Shown piece after piece: positions 13,296 through 24,600 of a stretch of 64,000 bases of DNA. The notes under the pieces are model-generated. The model saw nothing but the letters and a program-made list of their open reading frames with translations. It made no database searches and was not told the DNA's origin. The DNA comes from Octopus bimaculoides (lineage: Eukaryota). The position numbers and the translations under genes were made by a program. The stretch covers positions 74,922,133-74,986,132 of the forward strand of contig NC_068984.1 of NCBI RefSeq assembly GCF_001194135.2, in the 5' to 3' direction. Each line of letters starts with the position of its first letter. Position 1 is the first letter of the stretch.

Positions 13296-16200
13296 TCATA
13301 TGGCAGTCTTATATAATGTGTCTGTGTGTGCTTGAGAAAGAAAACGAGAGAGGGGAGACAGACAGACAGACAAAAAGTGAGACAGAGACTGACAGACAGA
13401 CAAACAGATAAACAGACAAAAATGTGGGGAATGAAGTCAATAAGGCTAATGTTTACCTTGAACATATGTAGGTTCATAACTGCAGATAACACTCGGGCCG
13501 AGGCACAGTTTTAGATGGTTGCAGTTCTGGAAAGTGTGGAATAAGAAAAATATTTAGTGAGGAATATCTTCATGGGTAGCCGAAATATTCTTACGCTATC
13601 AATGAGCTGTGTCGAGGCCATGAACGTCTATCATAGATTTTGTAATGTATCTGAGATAGCGTTATACATGTGAGATTACTAAGATATTTCATTGCAGATT
13701 GTAAGATTTAGGATTTGGAGGTACCTTGGTGGGTGAACTTTAATTGTGTGTTTCGCAAATGTAAAGACAGAAAAGTTCATAGCTATTTTCTTTACAATAT
13801 ATAGTCAATGTGTCTATTTGTTCTTTAAAGAAATCAAATTGTCCCAAATTAAAGAAATTTCTTTAATGATCACTCGGATTAGTAACAAGCAGAGTTTGTG
13901 TCTTTTTAGATATATCGTTGGGTTCGTTGATGAGTATTGCAGTTGTTTGGTTAACTGAACTGCCTATCTATTGAACTTAGTGGGTAAGGAGCAGTATATT
14001 CCACACATACTTCTAATATCAACGTAATTCTTGAGAGGTATCAGCGTGGCAGTGTGCAATAAGGGTGGACCTTTGAACTACATGTACAATGCCAACATCT
14101 GACAGGTTACCAGTCCCTGACTATTCACTCATTCACAAGGTTTGGGTCGAACTGAAATTAAAAGTAGAAAAGCTTTGCCCGTAGTGTCACGCAGTTTTCT
14201 TGAACTCACGTCCTATGATGGTGAAGCAAACTTCTTAGCAATTTTGTCATGCCTGCATTTAGTGTTGTGCCCTAGTGGACAGTTATTACAAGGAAAATAA
14301 TTATTTCGTCATTATCTCTTTATTAAGTTTATATTTTTCATGTATTCTTTATTAGCTTTTTACAATTGGTTTGAAACAGCAGAATTCCTAAAACTTGAAC
14401 GTAGTCGAGTATTTAATGAAACATTTATACGTGCGCGCGCGCGCGTGTATGTGTGTGTGCAGAATAAACTGGGCCAATGAGGGAGTGCTAGAATTGTGAA
14501 AAGAATGGATCATGCAAAGTGCTTAGTGTGGAATTCGACAGAGGTGAGAGATCAAGGCATTAACAGACCTGAGCCAATAGTAGGAGACGCCCAAGCTGGG
14601 GCTTCAAACTACTGACCCATGTAGTGGCAAAGCACATTTATTTTCGGTATTATCCGATTTATTTAAGTTAGACTTTCAAAACCTTTAGGGCACGTCTATA
14701 ATTTCAATTTTGCATTGCTTCTTCCAGTTAATATGCAACGTTATTGTCTTTGTAAGGAAAGAACTAATATTGGTTTTAAATTTTGGCACACGGCCAGTAA
14801 TAAAAGGCAAAGTCGACTTCAGCGGAATATGAACTCAGAACATAAAGACAGACGAAATGCCGTTAAGTGTTTTGCCTGGAGTGTTAACGATTCTGCCAGC
14901 TCACCGTTTTAAAGCAAGAACTAATATTGGTTTCAAATTTTGGCACAAGGACAGCAATTTCGGGGAGTGGGTAAGTCGATTGCATCGACTCCAATGCTCA
15001 ACTGGTACATATTTTATCAATCCACCTCGATGGAATTTGAACTCATAACGTAGAGACGGATGAAATGCCGCTAAGCATTTTGCCCAGCGTGCTAACGATT
15101 CTGCTAGTTCCCCGCCTTAAAAGGTAAGTCGACCTCGGTGAAATATGAACTCAGAACGTAAACGAGATTACCTGAATGTTTCGTCCAGAGTGCTAACGAT
15201 TCCGCCAGCTCGCTGTTAGAGGCAAGAACTAATAATGGTTGTTAAAATAGGTAAAAGTTTTGACGCTTTTGTAAGCTAATGATTAATATTGATTTATAAT
15301 CTAGGTCAAAGGCTACCTTTCTTTTAGTTAGGGTATAACTGATTTAATCAACACCTCCCCCCACACCTAAACTTTGCCGGTGCTTACTTTCGATAATCCG
15401 TCGGAGTTTAAGATGACTACGTAAACAGCTGTAACTAAATACTCTCAGGCATTTCGTTCGACGCTCTACAGATTCTGTTTCTGCATTATCTTATATTGCT
15501 TATGATACATTATTTCATGTCGATTTTATTATTAGAAAGGTTTTATGTTATTTCTTCTAATTCTACAAAATGGCACGGATACAGCTGTTTCTGAGAAAGC
15601 TTCAAATGGTTGAGTTGATATATATCTTCTACTGGTTTCAGTTATTGATTACTGACCATGCTGGGGCACCACAATTAAGGGTTTAATCGAAAAAATTGCC
15701 CCCCCCCCGACCCGCCTCCTATTTTAAAGTCTGCTAAGTAGGGGATGGAAACACTCCAACACCAATTGCCAAGCGGTGGTAGAGGATGAACACAGACACG
15801 CGTGCATACACACACACACACACACGACAAGTAAGTCATGTCTATTCACATTGGTTGTGTAAATGTTTGTGGCCTGATGTCTTGCTGGAAGCAAGGACGC
15901 TTCCTAAATGACATCAGGTCAAGAAAATTGGATGTGATTGTTGCAACGGAAACCCGGGTAAAGGGGCCAAGAGATCTGCTCCTCCTCCTGAACAATTATG
16001 AGAAATACTTTTCTCCGAGTCGGGCGGGAGGTGGGGATGGGTTGTTGGTCCTACAAAAAGAAACCGGGTAGCCGAGAAAAGGTTGTTTTTTTCTGACCCA
16101 AAAGGCAGGTTGGTCGTTCTTGACCTGACATTCCGTTGTGGCAAGATAATCATGCTAGTCGCTATTTATGCACGCAACATTATGAGTAAGCAAAGTGAAT

Positions 16201-19200
16201 ATTTTCGTGACCTGGGCAAGTTTCTGGCCACGTCGCATTCACCAGTATTGTTAGGAGACTTTAACACAATATGTAACGCACACGCAGATTGTGTTGGCTC
16301 GAACATGAACAGAAAATGTAACCCAGGCTTACGGGATCTGCTAAGTCACTTTCAGCTAACAGATCCATATAGGTTGGAACACCCGAACACTCCATAGTGG
16401 ACGTGGTCAAATAGTGACGGGTCTTCCAGAACATATCTAGATAGGATTTTAATTAGAGAAATAGATAAGTCCATAGCTCAGTGTCCAGTTTTATCTAGTC
16501 AGCTACAGTGACCATAAGATGGTTACCTGTAAACTGACGGTAGATAAGTTGCATAGTCAGGGATCTGGATACTGGAAACTCATTACGTCCCTTTTGGCGA
16601 TTGAGGAGTACAGAAAGCGGATCGAGATGTTAATACAGAGGGCATTGACAGGTACCATCATTAATAACAAATGGTGGTGCGCCCTAAAAAGAGCCATCAA
16701 TTATGAGTCTATTAGGTTTAGCATAAGTTTAGCTAAGAAGGGACGTAGAATAGGAGATGGTCTAATTAAGGAACTAGAAGAAGCCTGGAAGACTGGTAAT
16801 GCGGACAAAGCGAGGGTGAAAGGATTGGAGTTAAACCAACATCTTGAAGCCCAACACATGGGAATTATTGCCAGAGCTAAGTTACGTGCGATGGGAAGTG
16901 AAGGAATCAAGGCCGCTGGATGGTCCCGAGTGGTGGAAGCTAGGCAATGAAATAGTTCCATTATTCGGTCTTTGATGAATCAAAATGGTGTCTTGGTAAA
17001 CGAACCCGAGAAAATGTGAGGCCTTTCGGATGTACTTCGCCCAGCTGTTCGGGGGATGACGGTGGTCCTGGTGGCTAGAGAGCCCTCGAGGACTTTCTTG
17101 CCGGTCTGCCGTGTCTCTCGGGGTCGGCTGCGGAGTCTTGCGAAGGGCCAATCACGCCTGTTCGGGTAATGAAGGCTTTGGCCGACTGTAAAGCGGGTAA
17201 GTCACCGGGACTTGATGGTCTTCCGTATGAGCTGTATAAATGTATGCCAGACTTGTTCGGACATCTACTGGCTGACGTTTACGCAAACTGGCAATAGAAT
17301 GGGTTTATCCCCGGATCTGTGCGTTGATCAGTAGTGACGTTGATCAGAAAGGACCCGGACAAGGGGGACGTTATAGAGAATTTCAGGTCCATCACTCTGT
17401 TAAACGCAGAATTGAAGATTTTGGGCAAGGTCTTAGCGAAAAGGTTGGCGCGTGTCGCGAATGGTATAATGGGGGAGGCACAGACATGTGCCATCCCAGA
17501 CAGAACCACTCAGGATACCCTCCATCTTATTCGCTATACCATAGAGAGGGTTGGTAATAAATCTGGCAAAGGTGGAGCATTGGTACATTTGGACCAGTCT
17601 AAAGCTTTTGATAGGGTTGAACATCGATACCCGGCGACTGTGCTTGCGCGGTTCGGCCTGGGCCTTGGATTCCTCAGGTGGTTTATCGCTTTGTACCACA
17701 ACATTGACTCGATAGTTTGGGTGAACGGTTTTCCTTTCGAAGCCGTTCTGCATCAGACGCTCGGTTCGTCAAGGATGTCTGCTCTCATTACTTTTGTACG
17801 TGATAGCTCTCGAGCCCCTACTGCGAAGGTTGAGTGGCATCCCGAGGGAACCAGGTCTAGAGGAGTTTGTTACGGCTCACGCGAATGATAACCTCAGTAG
17901 CACGCCTACGTGAAGTGGGTAAGACTATTGAGGCTTACGAGGAGGTGGCAAGAGCAAAGATTAACCAGGAAAAGTCGGTCGGCTTGCAGCTCGGCACCTG
18001 GGTTGGCAAGTCGATGCCTTCAGAGAGCGTTGTTGGGCGCTGGACGGAGGGACCGGTTGAGTTGCTGGGAGTTTGGTTTGAACCAGGCCTCCAGATAGAG
18101 AAGAACTGGACGGAGATATNNNNNNNNNNNNNNNNNNNNNNNNNNNNNNNNNNNNNNNNNNNNNNNNNNNNNNNNNNNNNNNNNNNNNNNNNNNNNNNNN
18201 NNNNNNNNNNNNNNNNNNNNNNNNNNNNNNNNNNNNNNNNNNNNNNNNNNNNNNNNNNNNNNNNNNNNNNNNNNNNNNNNNNNNNNNNNNNNNNNNNNNN
18301 NNNNNNNNNGGTTTAGGGATGCCTCGGTTAATGATGCGCAGGTATGCGTTGAAGTTGAGGCACCTCTGGATTCTCCTGGATAGTGAACGGGTGTGGTCTC
18401 CGCTGGTCAAACAAATGTTCAAAAGTTTTTGCTAACAGGAAGCCTGGTGTTCTCGTAGACCGAAGGAGAGTGAATGGCATAAAGAGTGCCGTAAGGCTCT
18501 CTTGCTATTCCGGTTCTCGGGCAACGCCAGCGGTGGGGGTTCACACGGATTTTATATAGTGGGTTGGTAGAGTCTGAATGCGACGATGGCCTAGGGGCGA
18601 CTCTAGGTCTGGGGTTTATTCAACTAGACAGCCTGTTTCATCGTACATTTGGGTTAAGAACGTTGGGCAACTTCCAAAAGTCCTTAACCTGGCAATGCTA
18701 CAGAGGTGCCTTGCCCGTTTGGGGCAAGCTCGCAAGACACGGTGCAGTGAAGACAGGCAAACCGTCCCTCACGCTATTGTTCAGTGTCCGGAGATATCTG
18801 AAATGTGGGCACTTGTTGTCCGGCGAAGGAAGAGTACAACTGTCGACTGAATCAATTATAAAAATTGACCCACCGGGAGTTTTAACAAACGAAGGTAACA
18901 AATTGTTTTCTCACGGTTGTAGCAATAGCGAAAGAGGCAATATGGAAGACTAGGATAAAAGGAATTAAGACAGGCAACTTTATCTCTGGCCACAATTTAC
19001 GATCATTTTTTTTTACTTTTCATTTGAAAAGGAAGGTGTGGCTGGAGAAGAGATGTCTATCGGAGTGTACGTTCCAAAGGAGATGGAAGCATGTTGCACG
19101 GGTGATGTACGTGAAAGGAACCGTGTGAATAGACGGGAAAAAAAGAACAAAAAAGGTACCAGTGATAGATCGGGGCTTGTGGGGTTGGAGCGTGACCTGA

Positions 19201-21599
19201 TCATCGCTTCATTTGTATTGTCCCTGTATTGTTAATTTCATTCGATTTTTTATATTTTATTTAATTATTAAAAGTCATATTTTATGTAAAATCATACCGA
19301 TTTACTGATCCCATCAGTTGTTCTGTCTATTTCTATGTTTAGCCCCCAGTAGCAATAAAGAAATTGGTATTTCGTCTGTCTTTACGTTCTAAGTTCAAAT
19401 TCCACCGAGGTCGACTTTTCCTTTCATCCTTTCGGGGTCGATAAATTAAGTACCAGTTCCGTCCTGGTGTCGATCTAATCGACCGGCTCCTTCCCAAAAA
19501 ATTTCGGTCCTTGTGCCTAAAGTAGAAAAGATTATCTTATAACTTTTCTTGTCGATTTAGTTGACTGTTCCTTCTCTGTCGTTATACTCAGCCATTGTAC
19601 CTGTGCTAGAAATTATTTGATCATCAAACAAAATTCTGGTATCGAGTGCCCTTACATAAGTCTAAATATTAGGCCTTAAAGTTTGAATTCATTACTACTG
19701 TATTGTCCAAAGAATACTAATTTTGTTCATGATGTTTCTTTTCATATATGGTATGCCAAATTAGAAAGTGAATCCATAAGTGACAAAGACGGTGAGTTTT
19801 TTTATGCATTTCCTTTGTTTATATAACTAAAATAGAAGTATTACAAGTTTAATGGAGACCATGTTTTTCATAATTATACAGGCTCGAGTCAACGAGTATT
19901 TTTGCAAAAGTGCTCCATCTAAAGTGCACCATTGGTGGTTATTTTTTAACCAATGGTTTTACATCAATAGTTTTTATCGGCAGTATTCTATCACTAGCAT
20001 TAAACCTCAATGATGTCTATCAGGCACAGTTAGCCTTTTCCGAAAAGCGGGCTTCATAAGATATACTTCATTATTAGGCGGGCCGCATGAAACATGACTC
20101 ATTATTAGACACATCGCACTGCTAAATTAATTCAAAGTAACTTTTCGTTAGGCGTACCATTCAGAAAATTCTGCGGGTTGCATGTTGCTTATGACTGGTG
20201 TATGTCGACGGTCCCATATTAATGACATTACATCGATGACGTTAGATTGATAGTATTTCATCGACAGTGTTATATCAAAAGTTTTAAGGTCAGTGAAATT
20301 GTATAGATGGTGTTACACATCAGTGGTGTTACACATCAGTGGTGTTACACATCAGTGGTGTTCCATCAATAATGTTACACCATGAGTGTTATATAGTGTT
20401 CTGTTAGTGATATTACATTAACAGTGTTGCGTTATAAAAGGGATGTAGCGTCAATACTGTTACCACAATTATCTTATATCAGTTATATTCTGTGAATGAT
20501 ATTCCATCAAGGAGTTACATCAGTTATGTTACTTCAATCCTGTTCCATAAATAGCGGTCTATTAATGGTGTCATGTATTACAATGACGCTACATTTTTGC
20601 TATTATATCGGCTGCATTCTATCAACAGGGTTACCATGGTTGTGTTACATTAGTTATGTTCCTCGGTAGTGTTAAATCAATGTTGTTAGGCCTTAAATAC
20701 CACATCTGTGGTGTTACATCAGTAGTGTTACATCACTGGCGTTACATCGGTGATGTTAGGTAAGTTGTATTACATCGCTAGAGTTACATATACAAAGTGT
20801 TACATCACGTGTTTACACCAGTAATATTACACCGGCATTGTCACTTCAGTGGTTTTACATTATTACTGTTACATCATTGATGATACATCGGTGTTGTTAC
20901 ATCGACGGTGTTACATCTGTAGTATTGCATCAGTGGTATTAGATAAGTAGTGTTGCATCTTCAGTGTCACAGTGATACTGTCACATCAGTGGTGTTATAT
21001 TAGTAGGGTTACGTTGATAGAGCTACAACAATGGTGTCAGTAGTGTTACATCAGTGTTACATCGCTCGTGTTATTTATTGCAGCAGTGTTATATACGGCG
21101 ATGATACATCAGTGGTATTACATCGGTGCTGTTACATCAATAATGTTACATCAGTATTGTTGTATCCATACTTTTACAGTTGTGTTATATAGTTGGTTTT
21201 TATTTACATCAGTAATGTTATTTCGATCGTGTTACATCAGTAGTGTTACATCAGTAACGCTACATCAGTAATGTGAATTCGGTGTTATTTACATGAGTAA
21301 TGCTACACCGCTGGTATTATCTTTACAGTGTTCCTATTATTATAAAGAATGGAAGAGTTACAACATTCCTCTTAATAAGAATAACATGTTTCTATTATTT
21401 TTCTATTGCAGAAAATGCTTACAAAAACGCAATGCTGTTGAATTTTATCCTGGAGATTTCTAGTAAGCTTTTCCGTTTACAAATATTGCATACACTACTT
21501 CTGGTCATACACATTTATACATACGTATGTATGTATGTATGTATGTATGTATGTATGTATGTATGTATGTGTGTGTGTATGTATGTATGAACAACGTAC

Positions 21600-21633
<34 letters not shown>

Positions 21634-24600
21634 TGATTACATCGACTTCAGTGCTCAACTGGTACTTATTTTAATCGATCTCGAAAGGATGAAAGGCAAA
21701 GTCCACCTCGGCAGAATTTGAACTCAGAACGTAAAGACGGAAGAAATGCAGCATTTCGTCCGGCGTACTAAAGATTCTGCCAGCTCGCTGCCTTTGATGT
21801 CCAGAAATAATAGTTAGGAACAAATAGAAAACAATAATATTGTTTATTATAAAAAATTTGAAATGGACGAAATATTGNNNNNNNNNNNNNNNNNNNNNNN
21901 NNNNNNNNNNNNNNNNNNNNNNNNNNNNNNNNNNNNNNNNNNNNNNNNNNNNNNNNNNNNNNNNNNNNNNNNNNNNNNNNNNNNNNNNNNNNNNNNNNNN
22001 NNNNNNNNNNNNNNNNNNNNNNNNNNNNNNNNNNNNNNNNNNNNNNNNNNNNNNNNNNNNNNNNNNNNNNNNNNNNNNNNNNNNNNNNNNNNNNNNNNNN
22101 NNNNNNNNNNNNNNNNNNNNNNNNNNNNNNNNNNNNNNNNNNNNNNNNNNNNNNNNNNNNNNNNNNNNNNNNNNNNNNNNNNNNNNNNNNNNNNNTGGCA
22201 GAATCATTAGCAAGCTGGGCAAATACTTAACAGCATTTCCTACGTTCTGAGTTCAAATTCCGCCGAGTTTGACTTTGCCTTTCATCCTTTGGATTCGATA
22301 AAATGGATACCATCTGAACACTGGGGTCGATGTATTTCTGGACACAAATTTTATGGATCATAAGTCACGCAGCTTGAGCATAAATTTAACTTCTTTTATT
22401 TTTCTTTAAGATGTATTGACAGTATCAATGCAGCAGGTCCGAATCTGGCATTGAAAGTGAAAAAGCTTCCCATGTTTATGAATCAAGCCATCAATCACAG
22501 CAATTTAGGGATCGTAGCTTGATCCTTTGCATTCAGGATCAAGAATGACCGCGAGGCCTCTGGCGAGGACGTGTCAACCGTGGTCAAGAGGAAAGAAACA
22601 TTAAACATTCTCGAGGGTTCCTTGTCGCGGGAGGACTGAGATAGTCTACCTGCTGTAGGACATCTCCCACAAATAGACAAGGGCATCGCTGCATCAGAAG
22701 GAGGTGGGATCCATTATCAAATGTATGGTATACAAGAACATTAGATACGAATTCTACGTGATTAGGAGAGGAGAGGAGAAGTTCATATTCAGCAAAATCC
22801 GGAAGAATCGGTTGATCCCCGACATTATGAGGTCTCCTTAGATGCCAAGGAGTCGCTAGAGCATGATAAGTGGAATGAGAGATACCATTTGATTTAACAT
22901 GCAGCTGCTTCCATGGCTGCATCTTCGCCACTGTTGAGGATAAGGACAATTTTATTTATTGGTTTCCTTCCTTTATACATATATATATATCGTGGAGGCG
23001 CAATGGCCCAATGGTTAGGGCAGCGGACTCGCGGTCATAGGATCGCGGTTTCGATTCCCAGACCGGGCGTTGTGAGTGTTTATTGAGCGAAAACACCTAA
23101 AGCTCCACGAGGCTCCGGCAGGGGATGGTGGCGAACCACAACTTTCTCTCACTCTTACTTTCTGTTTCTGTTGCGCCTGTAATTCAAAGGGTCAGCCTTC
23201 TCCCACTGTGTCACGCTGAATATCCCGAGAACTACGTTAAGGGTACACGTGTCTGTGGAGTGCTCAGTCACTTGCACGTTAATTTCACGAGCAGGCTGTT
23301 CCGTTGATCGGATCAACTGGAACCTTCGTCGTCGTAAGCGACGGGGTGCCAACAACAACAACATATATATCAAGAGAAAAACGAAGTGGGTTCACAAACA
23401 TTCTGTTTCTCGCCAGTAATTTACATAAGTCTTTCTCCAATTCTGATGATCGTAAGGTCGTGGTTTCGATTCCTGGACAGGACGACACTATGTATTCTTG
23501 TGCAAAACATTTCATTTCACGTTGCTTCAATCCACTCAATTGGCAAAAATAAATAACCCTGCAACGGACCGACGTCCCATCCATGTGGGGAATATGTACG
23601 CCATGGAAACCGTGAAACCGGTTCTATGAGTCTATGTGGGGGAATATGTACGCCATGGAAACCGTGAAACCGGTTCTATGAGTCTATGTGGGGGAATATG
23701 TACGCCATGGAAACCGTGAAAGCGGTTCTGTGAGTCTATGTGACTCGGGAAGGAACTTTACTTTTTTACTTTTTCTCCAACGAAACAAGAAAAGGAAGAA
23801 AATTCACTTCTATCAATAAGCTTTATCCACAAGGATAAACTATCATTTTCTCAAATACAGTTATGTGGTAGACAATTTTTTGCTTTCAACCTCAAAGTTC
23901 CTAAAGAATTCAGCTTTGTTTTTGTTCTTTTTCCGTTTTTGTTTGTTGTTTATCTGGATATAATATTTTAGTCGAGTTTCGTTCCCTCCTCCCCCCTCTC
24001 TCTCTCTCTTGTTTTAATTCTCGTTTTATTTCTATTTGCAGATTCTTGTGCGGATTCGTGTGACTTAACTCGAGAAAGTAATTCAGTTGATTTAATTTTG
24101 TTGTTGTTGTTTTCTACTTTCTTTCTTTTCTTTTTTAGTTATATAATTAATATTTTGTTTATTAAATTTTTAACATACTATAATGTCACGAATTTAAAGA
24201 AATAAGTGTAGTCTCGATCATATCGATCTTTGTACATAAATTGTAGTTATTTTATTAAGTAAAAAGGCAAAGTTAATCTCGGAGTGATTCGAACTTAAAA
24301 CTTAAAGGGACGTAAGTAAATGCGCAAGACACCAAATCCGTCGCCACAGATTGCTCATATCTGTTTACTGGTTAGAGATTAGTGTGTGTGGTGGATTAAC
24401 AGAGTCCTTACAGCATTAGACAAAGTATCTTGCTGAAACAATTCGAATCCTGCCTAGGTAAACTTTGCTTTTCATCACTTCCGGAGTCGATAAAATACAG
24501 TAATAGCTCAAGCAAAAGAGAACGGCTGAGAATCCAGAACGAATCTTCTTAACACAGTTCGAGACTTGAGCATGGATGAGGTATAGAAATCCTTAACATC

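Noticed and set aside
14356-14400. 45-nt open phase-1 segment ([15 protein letters not shown]) after ttctttattag
   Set aside because: Donor gtagtc is weak and the composition is unlike the other exons; cannot be supported without transcripts.
189-21462. Alternative reading frames of the micro-exons (e.g. [30 protein letters not shown])
   Set aside because: Open in single exons, but phase 1 preserves the shared DTA/AVSE motifs, the Cys pairs and a clean terminal stop, so it was preferred.
22470-22950. GC-richer stretch with ORFs on both strands
   Set aside because: No recognisable motif or splice structure; probably an unidentified TE remnant.
23584-23742. CRISPR-like array
   Set aside because: Direct tandem units with no spacers, in a eukaryotic SINE.
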